NCBI GenBank assembly: GCA_950097015.1
Contig: CATNEN010000025.1
Span: 868,001 to 932,000, forward strand
Direction of reading: 5' to 3'
DNA length: 64,000 bases
From: Macrostomum hystrix
Lineage: Eukaryota > Animalia > Platyhelminthes
The position numbers were made by a program, and so were the translations under genes. The first letter of the stretch is position 1; each line of letters opens with the position of its first letter. The notes under the pieces were generated by a model. That model did no database searches and was not told where the DNA came from. It worked only from the letters and a program-made list of their open reading frames with translations. This document shows, piece by piece, positions 12,223 through 22,700 of the stretch.

Positions 12223-14657
12223 ATGAGCAAGGCGGCTAGCTTGTCCGCCATCCAGAAGCAGAAGGAGCAGCTGGTGCTGGAGATTCAACGCTTGCAATCA
12301 GATATTGATAAATACGAATACGAATTGAAGAATATTAGCATCTACCTCACGCCAGAGGAGAAGAAGGATCCCAAGGAGCAGATGGCTTCGCGAGCCAAAT
12401 TCAAGTTCAATACTAAACCGCAGGAGGGCATTGCGTTTATGGTTGAGAACGGACTCATACCAGACGATAGCCCGGAAAGCGTGGCTAAGTATCTATACTC
12501 AGCCAAGCAGCTAGATAAGCATGTGCTTGGCAACTATCTTGGCAAAGCTGACAATGCCAAATTGTTGACCGAATTCGCTGCCCAGTTTCCGTTCGCCGGC
12601 AAGAGTTTCATGACAGCTCTGCGCGAGTTTATGTTCTCCTTTAAAATGGTTGGAGAAAGTCAGGTCAGGAGCGAAATCTACCTGTGTAAACTGTATTGGT
12701 CATCTACCTGAACTTTATCATTCAACCTACCTAAACCCTATCCTATAGCCTACCCGATACCCATTCCATAACCTACCTGATATCTATTCCATAATCTATC
12801 TGATATCTATTCATTAACCTACCTGATATCTATTCCATGACCTACCTGATATCTATTCCATGACCTACCTGATATCTATTCAATGACCTACCTGATATCT
12901 ATTCAATGACCTACCTGATATCTATTCCATAACCTACCTGATATCTATTCAATGACCTACCTGATATCTATTCCATGACCTACCTGATATCTATTCCATG
13001 ACCTACCTGATATCTATTCAATGACCTACCTGATATCTATTCAATGACCCACCTAATGTCTATTCCATAACCTACCTGATATCTATTCCATAGCCTACCA
13101 AATATCTAATTCATAACCTACCTGACATCTATTCCATAACCTACCTGATATCTATTCCATAACCTACCTGAAATCTATTCCATAACCTACCTGATATCTA
13201 TTCCATAGCCTACCAAATATCTATTTTATAACCTACCTGATATCTATTCCATAACCTACCTGATATATATTCCATAACCTACCTGATATCTATTCAATGA
13301 CCTACCTGACATCTATTCCATAACCTACCTGATATCTATTCCATAGCCTACCAAATATCTATTTTATAACCTACCTGATATCTATTCCATAACCTACCTG
13401 ATATATATTCCATAGCCTACCTGATATCTATTCCATAATCTACATAAACTTACTCCAGGTAATCGAGCGCACTATGGAGATCTTCTCGGGTGCCTATCAT
13501 CGACAGAATCCGGACTTCCAACTAACAGCCGAGCAGCTGTTCATTCTCTGCTACGCCTGCATGATGCTGCAGACCTCGCTGCACAATGTTAGCGCCAAGC
13601 GAGACAAATCGCTTAACACAGTTGAAGGCTTTCACATTCTCCTAGGCCGCAGCGACCTAAAGAATCTAGATCGTCAATTTGTTAAAGAGATATTCGACGA
13701 TATCAAAGCGCAGCCATTTGTTAGCCATGACGCCGCCGACGAATTGGAAACTAGCGCTGTTGACAAAGCTGGCTACCTATTGAAACAGGGCGGCAGTGTT
13801 AAGAGCTGGAAGAGGCGCTATTTTGTGTTAAGCGGCAATCATCTTAGCTATTATACAGATCTGCCTAGTAAGGGCAAAGCTAAAGGTTCAATACCGTTGC
13901 AGGGCTTAGAGGTGCGCGAGGCCGACGAAGGCAAATACTGTTTCGAGATTGTCAAACCGGTTGGTCGTGACGGCCGCATTAAGGTGCGTCTTATGTTGTC
14001 AACTATTTCCTATGTTTAAGCTCTTTTTTATGTGTTGTACACATGCTATGTGCTAGGTAATATGCTTTTTAACGTTTGAGCACGACACTTAACTCTGAAA
14101 TTGCTTCGATTCGCCCAGCTATACTCGTAGTGTACAGTTTCACAGTGCCTTGGAGCTTGGCCCTCATGGGCGTAAATTGCGCGACAAGCGCCCAAGCCTT
14201 CTCGCCGCGGAATCGACCTCAGAGACATTAGTGCGATGGGCAAGCGTGTTAGACCGCTCTGCCACTCGCCCTTGGTTACCAACATTATTTCAGGGTATAA
14301 TTTTGTCTGTATGTGACAGTCCAGAGACTGAACTGTTGTACACTGCCTTTTTATATATTTTTATTACTTAGCTACAGTTTTACATATGCCCTAAACTTCA
14401 GCTGGATGTACTTGCTAATAGTGCTCTAAGTTTTTCTATACATATCGGCTGATTATATTTCTGTTACAAAGTAATCTATTTTATTTAACAAGCAGTTCCC
14501 TTTAACTTTCCTCTAGGCCTGGAAGGAGAACAATAGCAATCGAGTGACATCCAAGCACGATTGTTACAGATTTAGTGCGACCAGCGTTGAAGAAATGGAA
14601 GAATGGATGGACGCGCTGAAGCGAAGCATAGCAGTTAACGACGACTCGCAGGTTTAA
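12223..14657 (+). CDS. CYTH: Cytohesin-family Arf GEF (coiled coil - Sec7 - PH)
   Basis: Exons 12223-12663, 13459-13983, 14517-14657, all with phase-0 GT-AG introns. Sec7 motifs KFNTKPQEGI and FKMVGESQ|VIER (catalytic Glu); PH motif KAGYLLKQGGSVKSWKRRYF...EEMEEWMDAL. Confidence 0.9.
12720..13445. repeat. 23-nt minisatellite filling cytohesin intron 1 (ACCTACCTGATATCTATTCCATA)
   Basis: About 30 tandem copies between the donor at 12664 and the acceptor at 13458. Confidence 0.95.
14075..14132 (+). mobile_element. CORE-domain fragment of SINE family B
   Basis: TTTGAGCACGACACTTAACTCTGAAATTGCTTCGATTCGCCCAGCT matches the central domain of the 16804 SINE. Confidence 0.7.
14133..14280 (-). mobile_element. 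SINE family A, 3'-truncated copy in cytohesin intron 2
   Basis: The reverse complement gives a tRNA-like head (GTGGCAGAGCGGT...GTCGATTCC) plus body GAAGGCTTGGGCGCTTGTCGCGCAATTTACGCC...CCAAGGCACTGTG, homologous to 26740-27108. Confidence 0.8.
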
Positions 14658-15564
14658 AATCAGTTATTTGTTCAGCTGTTTGACTTACCTATTGCTCTGT
14701 TATTATGCCTATTTATTATTGCTGTCATATTAGAAAACAGTGACAATTGTTAAAATACGGCTCGTATGTTTCTGGCTGTGACATTTTTGCAGCTTATTTC
14801 TCTAATAGGCTAACTAAAAATTCAACCATTTATTAAAGGTATCTTACGGTTTATAATACTTTTTTTCGGCCTTCCTATTTGAATTCAGTATTCTTAATTG
14901 TTACATTATCGACTGTTTTATGATAGCGTTAAAATCAAACAATGCTTATTAGTTACTGCTTCATTAATTCACAATTTTCAATTTCCTGTTTTCCACCGCT
15001 TGTTGGTCGCATGAAAGAAGATTAAATAGCAATTTTTTTTCATTTCTTACATTTTTAGTTGACTAATTGTGTCGAAAAAAATTCTTTAGATTTTAACAAA
15101 TTCAAATTCTTAAACTTTTCCAACATGTTACTGTTCTCTTATAAATATGTTATTATAATTGTGCATGTGTAATTTCAAATTAAATTTTTCAGATCTGTCT
15201 AACTCCTGTCATTAAATCAAATTATATAAGAATAGATATTTTCTTATCCAAGCCGTGTGAAAAAGTTGAATTTGCAAAACCCATTTGTAAATTATCCAAG
15301 CTAGAAAATTGCCGGCACATGCGTTTTGTGTATGTATGTTTACAGTATGTATTTTAAATTGTAACTACGAGTATAACATGCGATTGTCAATATGATAAAA
15401 ATGAAAACTTCAGAATCATATCATATAACTTTTTCATATAGGCTTCGATGTGTATTATGCTTTGTTTATTTTACGTTTGTAGCATTCGTCAGTTGTCTAG
15501 CTTCATTTATGGACTTAACGAAAGGGGCAGAGGGTGCGAAGGCAAGGTGCAAAGAGAGTGAAGG

Positions 15565-15660
15565 GAAGGAGCAGAGAGTGAAGGGAAGGAGCAGATATAG
15601 TGAATGGAAGGAGCAGATATAGTGAATGGAAGGAGCAGATATAGTGAATGGAAGGAGCTA
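15565..15660. repeat. Short 22-nt purine-rich tandem repeat (AGTGAATGGAAGGAGCAGATAT)
   Basis: About 4 copies are visible. Confidence 0.85.
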
Positions 15661-16038
15661 GGTGATGTGTTGACAATATAGATCACACGGAGGTATTAAG
15701 AATTTTGAGTGATAGGTTTATTATATAGTTTTGAATCAGCACTACTGTTCAGTAGTAATAAATAGCTATGAAGTATAAAATGGCGTGTTTTACCGGGGCT
15801 TCGCAAACTTAATTCAGTGTTTTTAAGCCCTAAATAGCGCGCCGATATTGTAAATCAGGGTGTTAACTTTTTATTACATGCATAATCTATTTTGCTGTTT
15901 TGATTTTGCATTTAATTCGCTCTGTTGACAGTTGTGTCAGTAGCACGCTTACTTTTACTACCTTATTTTTTACCTGTTTGCTCTAGCAGAAGCGCATAAA
16001 TGCATATATTACCTATTTCAGCTCTATAAACTGGAAGC

Positions 16039-16560
16039 ATGGGCCGCACCGTTCTAGTAGCTTTAGACGGCAGTTCTCACAGCCTGCGCGCTCTAAAATG
16101 GTACTTAACAAATAACCAACTAGCTGGCGACTGCCTATTAATGGTATTCATCTCTGAGCCTCCGTCCATGATCATGTCGGCTGGCGCAGCCACTCCTGAC
16201 ATCTATCTGCGCTGCAAAGAGGACGCCCTGGCCAAGGCTCAACAGTTGGCTAGCGAGGCTAATAACCTGTGCTCCGAATTGGGCATTAGGCCTGACATTA
16301 CTAAACGATTCTTGGAGCGTTTGCACGCTGGCCCCGGTCCGACTCTTGTCAGCGTGGCCAATGAAGAATCCGCTGATGTCATCATCATGGGCAGTCGGGG
16401 TGTTAGCACACTTCGGCGCACCTTTCTAGGTAGCGTTAGCGACTACGTGCTGCATCATTCGCATAGGCCTTGTGTCATCGTACCGCCTCTGCAGTCAAAC
16501 AGCACCGAGTCGAAATCCGCTCAGGCCGGTCAGGCCAGTGCTACTACTGTTCCTAAGTAG
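16039..16560 (+). CDS. Universal stress protein (UspA domain), paralog 1
   Basis: VLVALDGSSHSLRALKWY N-terminus and the G-2x-G-9x-GS motif (GSRGVSTLRRTFLGSVSDYVLHH). Intronless. TTTCAG acceptor ends at 16021. Confidence 0.92.
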   Translation: MGRTVLVALDGSSHSLRALKWYLTNNQLAGDCLLMVFISEPPSMIMSAGAATPDIYLRCKEDALAKAQQLASEANNLCSELGIRPDITKRFLERLHAGPGPTLVSVANEESADVIIMGSRGVSTLRRTFLGSVSDYVLHHSHRPCVIVPPLQSNSTESKSAQAGQASATTVPK

Positions 16561-16803
16561 TATCTGTACTAGATAGGACTCAAAGAACTGATGTTTGCAT
16601 AGCATTGCAACTTTATCCAGTTCATCGTTTTTTTACCTTTTAACTATACTTATTACCAAAGCTTCGATAGCTATTTTAAACTAGAGTGCAAACCCGTCTT
16701 CAGAAAGTTTTGTTTTATAGCCTAATTATTTTGCCAAAAAGCATCATTTTATAAGTTTTTTCGTGTGTGGTATTGTTAGGATAGCGTATACCATATTGAC
16801 CAG

Positions 16804-17111
16804 CAGAGGTTGTAGCCTAGTGGTTAGGGCGTCGGACTCATGACTTGAAGGTCAGGGGTTCGATTCCCGACTCCACTGGAACAATTTGCGTCCTTTAGCA
16901 AGACACTTAACTCTGCATTGCTTCAGTTCACCCAGCTGTTAAATGGGTACCAGCATCAGCTGGGATAATTGAAGGTGGGTGTGGCGCCCCCCCAGTCCGT
17001 GGACTGAACAGCTGTACGCAGCCTTCAGATGCGCCGCGCATTAGCTGCGGCTGTGCTGTCAGCTGCACATCTGACCCAATTGGGGCAGGTGTAATCAAAT
17101 AATAAAATAAA
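16804..17111 (+). mobile_element. tRNA-derived CORE-type SINE (family B), full length
   Basis: A box TAGCCTAGTGG and B box GGTTCGATTCC. The central CCTTTAGCAAGACACTTAACTCTGCATTGCTTCAGTTCACCCAGCTGTTAAATGGG resembles the MIR/CORE domain. 3' hairpin, A-rich tail, candidate TSD TGACCAG. Confidence 0.85.
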
Positions 17112-18213
17112 TGACCAGAACGGTTCTTCCCATTTTTTCGTTTTTCTTCCGGCTGCTAATTTATCTATACCAGAGGACTGACTATCGTGCAACTTTTTGA
17201 CGAATATTTCTCTATAAAACTATCACAAGATTTCTCTCTGCTCTGCACAAATTTTTTTGAGTTGCTTTGTTAACTTTTTTTCGTACCACTATAACAAGCA
17301 GTAGCAAAATATTTTCATCGGTCTCAAAGTTTTTTTAATTCTTAGGCGGAAGATAAAATCTCTATTTTGTTCTGTTTTTTGTACAACCATTTGTAGTATT
17401 TATAACGCGTCTAACTTTAAATTTGGAGTTTCGATTAAGGAAGTCAGTGCCCTTAATTTGCAATCTCTATGTATAGATTAATTATTTACAGCTGCGCTGG
17501 TCCACAATGCGCTTGCCGTGAAATAACTTTTATTTTTTAGTTTAAGCCTATCTTGTCTTTTCTCCCCATTGGTTGTCATGATTTTTGTGAGTTTTTTATG
17601 CCACTTTTATTGGATTGTTGAACAACTTTCGTTTAGTTGCTGTTTTTTCTAAGTTTATTTTTAACTGTGTCTTATTTTTGTTTCTTCTTGTTAATTCTGC
17701 GGCTTCCTGTTCAATTTCATCACTAGACGGAAGGAGTTATATGTACTCATTTTCTGGTGTCTTTTTGTCTTTTTTTGGCTTCCTATACGCGCGTGTTTGT
17801 GTTTTCTCATAATTTAGAAATGAAAAAAATGAGAACTTTCCCTTATATACAATTATTGCCCAGTAAAAGTCGTGTTTTTGTTTGCATGTTTTATTTCATT
17901 CTTAGAAAATTTTGTGCAGGCAAAGTTTTATTAGAGTCGATTGAAATCTAATCCCTATTCAAGCAAATCCTTACCTAGAATTAAAAAAAAATATCGAATT
18001 AGATCCTCATTGTTAAATCCCATTTAAAAAAACAGATCCTCAAATCTAAAAGTCGAAACAATGATCGGATTCTCATTTTTTCGCTACTATTATTGAATTG
18101 CACAAACCTGTCAGATCCTCATTTGTCGCGATCCCCCATTAATCATTGCTAAATTCATGAAAACCGCAAAATTTTCAGTGCAATAAGCTACCAGAAATAG
18201 CAAAGCAACTGAT

Positions 18214-18687
18214 ATGGGCCGCAAGATTCTGATCCCGATGGACGCAAGCGAGCACAGTTATCGCGCACTTCGCTGGTACGCCGATCGCATGAACAAATCG
18301 TCCGACACTCTTATCTTCGTCTACGTCGCCGAGCCGCCTGCCATCACCTACGGCGGCGCCGGCGTCGGCTCACCGGAATTATTCGCCGAAGGTGTCAATC
18401 AGGCCGTGGCGCGTGGCAAACTGATGGCGGCCGAGGTGCGCCAGCGTTGCACAGATATGGGCGTGAAGGCGCAGCCGCGTTTTCTTGAACGCCTGACTCA
18501 CGGCGCCGGTCCGGCTTTAGTTGAAATAGCCGACGAGCAGGCTGTCGACGCAATCGTTATTGGCAGTCGAGGTTTGGGCGCCCTACGGCGAGCCTTTTTA
18601 GGCAGCATTGTTGATTATGTGCTGCATCACGCCAGCGCTACAACCATCGTTGTGCCGCCACCAACGCAGGCCCATGGGCAGGACTAA
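18214..18687 (+). CDS. Universal stress protein (UspA domain), paralog 2
   Basis: ILIPMDASEHSYRALRWY and GSRGLGALRRAFLGSIVDYVLHH. Intronless. TTTTCAG acceptor ends at 18178. Confidence 0.92.
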   Translation: MGRKILIPMDASEHSYRALRWYADRMNKSSDTLIFVYVAEPPAITYGGAGVGSPELFAEGVNQAVARGKLMAAEVRQRCTDMGVKAQPRFLERLTHGAGPALVEIADEQAVDAIVIGSRGLGALRRAFLGSIVDYVLHHASATTIVVPPPTQAHGQD

Positions 18688-19726
18688 GCTCTGGTTGTTT
18701 GACTGGACCTTTGTTCGCATCTTTTCTAGACTAAATGCGTCACGTAATCTTACCCCTCATTGGTTGGCGCTTGCAACGTCCTGATTGGCTAGGCGCCGTT
18801 AACGGGACTCTCTGAATTGTTGTCGCGTGATTGCTCTTAGCGTGTGCATAGAAGTGTTTCCCGCGGAATTTCCGTGGGAATTTCCTCACTTTTGAAACCT
18901 AAATGTAAAACCATCGCAAAGTATGGTGCGCAGGCTCCACTAATTTTATCGTTTGATTGGCTGATTAATTGATTGATGCGTCAAATATATTTTTCCTATT
19001 TTCTATTCGCACGGCACTTTTGTCTTCCCATACTTACGAGTACAGTTTATTGATCGTAGTATCGACGTAACAATCACATGTTTTATTAGCTTTTTCGCAA
19101 CAGCTGCTGATTTCATTTTTTCATGTCTATTTGTATTTGCCACAAAGTATTCGGTTTTTATCAGCTGTGTTTTAACTACTTGCGAGTAGTACAGAATTTC
19201 ACCAGCTTTTTGGTGCACGCTTTTGTCGAATCTTTTACTCACAATTTTGTGATTAAAGTGCAGTACGTTTTTGTGTAAACTTTTGCTAATCATTCCATTC
19301 AGAATTTTTCCGTCCTTTAGTGCAATAAATAATTTTGTGTTAAAACTACTTATCTCACTTCTGCGTCATAATTTGCCAGATTGATTTTCCGCATGCCATA
19401 GTTATCTTAAAACCTTTGCCCCCTTTTTAAAGAAATAATTAAACGAAGATCACTCAAAGATTTACAACCTATTTTTGGGTCCTTGCATTTAACTTTCTTT
19501 GGTGTGCTACTATTGAGTAGCATATAGTTGGGGTTTTTACCCTTATTTTGAAAAAAAACAGAAACTTTTTTTAATTAATATGCTTGAAACAACGTTAGTA
19601 GTCTATGATGATTATGATAAGTGTTTTTTATTCTTACCACTGAATTTCTTTGCAGCTTTCCAACTTTAAAGCTATTTGTTTGAAACCAAAACTGCTAAAC
19701 ATAATTAAGTAAAGCATCACTGAGCT

Positions 19727-22700
19727 ATGACACTCGGCGAGTCCGCTGTCCTAACGGAGCTGCACAATGGAAACGACTCCGGAGATCAACAACGCGAAAC
19801 TGTTGAACCTCCAGATGATGGCTACACCGATGTGCTTGGCAACAAGCGATTGTGGAAGAAGACTCTAAATGAAGGACGCGGTCGCGACTCTAGGCCACAG
19901 TCTGGTGATCAGGTGATGATTCGCTGTTTATTAAGAATGTTTAGCTTATATTGCGTTGTCTGATTCTTAGGTTTTGTCTGTCGGATTCTTAGGTTTATCT
20001 GTCTGATTCTTAGGTTTATCTGTCTGATTCTTAGGTTTATGTGTCTGATTCTTAGGTTTATCTGTCTTTTTCTTAGGTTTATCTGTGTGATTCTTAGGTT
20101 TATCTGTCTGATTCTTAGGTTTTTGTCTGTCGGATTCTTAGGTTTATCTTTCTGATACTTAGGTTTATCTGTCTTTTTCTTAGGTTTATCTGTCTTTTTC
20201 TTAGGTTTATCTGTTTGATTCTTAGGTTTATCTGTTTGATTCTTAGGTTTATCTGTCTTTTTCTTAGGTTTATCTGTTTGATTCTTAGGTTTATCTGTCT
20301 TTTTCTTAGGTTTATCCGTCTGGTTCTTAGGTTTATCTGTCTGATTCTTAGGTTTATCTGTCTGATTCTAAGGTTTATCTGTCTGATTCATAGGTTTATC
20401 TGTCTGATTCTTAGGTTTATCTGTCTGATTCTTAGGTTTATCTGTCTGATTCTAGGGGTTACTGGCTGATTCTTAGGTTTATCTGTCTGATTCTAGGGGT
20501 TACTGGCTGATTCTTAGGTTTATCTGTCTGATTCTAGGGGTTACTGGCTGATTCTTAGGTTTATCTGTCTGATTCTTAGGTTTATCTGTCTGATTCTTAG
20601 GTTTATCTGTCTGATTCTAAGGTTTATCTGTCTGATTCATAGGTTTATCTGTCTGATTCTTAGGTTTATCTGTCTGATTCTTAGGTTTATCTGTCTGATT
20701 CTAGGGGTTACTGGCTGATTCTTAGGTTTATCTGTCTGATTCTAGGGGTTACTGGCTGATTCTTAGGTTTATCTGTCTGATTCTAGGGGTTACTGGCTGA
20801 TTCTTAGGTTTATCTGTCTGATTCTTAGGTTTATCTGTCTGATTCTTAGGTTTATCTGTCTGATTCTTAGGTTTATCTGTCTGATTCTAGGGGTTACTGG
20901 CTGATTCTTAGGTTTATCTGTCTGATTCTTAGGTTTATCTGTCTGATTCTAAGGTTTATCTGTCTGATTCTAGGGGTTACTGGCTGATTCTTAGGTTTAT
21001 CTGTCTGATTCTTAGGTTTATCTGTCTGATTCTTAGGTTTATCTGTCTGATTCTTAGGTTTATCTGTCTGATTCTTAGGTTTATCTGTCTGATTCTTAGG
21101 TTTATCTGTCTGATTCTTAGGTTTATCTGTCTGATTCTTAGGTTTATCTGTCTGATTCTTAGGTTTATCTGTCTGATTCTTAGGTTTATCTGTCTGATTC
21201 TTAGGTTTATCTGTCTGATTCTTAGGTTTATCTGTCTGATTCTTAGGTTTATCTGTCTGATTCTTAGGTTTATCTGTCTGATTCTAGGGGTTACTGGCTG
21301 ATTCTTAGGTTTATCTGTCTGATTCTTAGGTTTATCTGTCTGATTCTTAGGTTTATCTGTCTGATTCTTAGGTTTATCTGTCTGATTCTAGGGGTTACTG
21401 GCTGATACTTAGGTTTTGTCTGTCTGATTTTCCTTTTTTAATTAGCATCGTTATCATCGAAAACTATTTTTTTTTGGCTAGGTGACCCTAAAATTCGAAG
21501 CCAGCCTTGCCGATGGCACAGTTGTTGAATCCGAAGCGGCCCTTGTAATCTCCATTGGCGAATGCGATCACCTTCAAGCGCTGGACATTGCCGCGCCGCT
21601 AATGGAGCTAGACGAGTGCTGCAGTATTATCACCTCGGCTCGTTATGCTTATGGCTTCGCTATTGAAGCCAAAACTAGCAGCGGAGTCACAGTACCACCC
21701 GGCTCTGTGCTGCACTGCACCGTCACCCTTCTATCAGTTGACGATCCTGTTGACTATGCCGCTCTGGGACCAGTTGAATCTCTCCGCATTGCTGATAGAA
21801 AGCGCGAACGCGGCAACGATCTATTTAATAGGGAGGACTTTGCCGGAGCTGTGAACTGTTATGGCAGGGCGGCCCGTATTCTTGAGGATCATTGTCAGGT
21901 GTGCTATCCCGCCCTTTTAATTTTTTTAAATCTTGCACTTGCAAACGATGCCCCGACTTCGAAGGAAGATTCGGGTATGATGAATCTTTCCACTTTCGAT
22001 TTTGGGAATCACCCTTTCAGATTTTGTGACCTTGAGAGAATCGCATTCAGTTTTTAGTGAGATTCGTCCTTTAGAATAGCCACTAGTTTGGGGGATAGAT
22101 TCGACCTTTAGAATCGCGACCAGTTTGAGGGATAGATTTGACCTTGAGAATCGCCACCAGTTTGAGGGATAGATTTGACCTTGAGAATCGCCACCAGTTT
22201 GAGGGATAGATTTGACCTTGAGAATCGCCACCAGTTTGAGGGATAGATTTGACCTTGAGAATCGCCACCAGTTTGAGGGATAGATTTGACCTTGAGAATC
22301 GCCACCAGTTTGAGGGATAGATTTGACCTTGAGAATCGCCATCAGTTTGAGGGATATACGAGCGTAGAATCGGTCCTTTTATACGAGTATAAAATCCACA
22401 TCCAAATTCAAATTAAATTTTGAATGGCGTGACTTACCGAGGCTTCAAGACCCAATGAAAATTCCGTGTCTGCAGTCTTAAATAGCATGCCTAAATAGTG
22501 CTATGTTGTATAGCCCACTTTTCGAGCATGTGTACGAAACACACATACAGTCGTATACAGTGTTGCAGGATTATATATTATTTGCAACTGCGCCATGCTT
22601 GGGTGGACAAATCATAATATATGATTATCAGACCAATAGAGTACAGAATATTAATAGATTTTACTAATATTTAAAACTAACAGGAGAACAGGCAATTTTT

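Noticed and set aside
14075-14280. Chimeric A/B SINE subfamily
   Set aside because: The CORE fragment and SINE A are on opposite strands, which fits adjacent independent insertions better.
16804-16875. tRNA-Met gene (and tRNA calls for other SINE heads)
   Set aside because: The acceptor stem does not pair and the anticodon stem is mismatched. The head runs into a CORE domain and tail with a TSD, so it is a SINE.
19965-21430. Interstitial telomeric repeat (contains TTAGG)
   Set aside because: TTAGG is only part of a 21-nt unit; there are no tandem TTAGG or TTAGGG runs.
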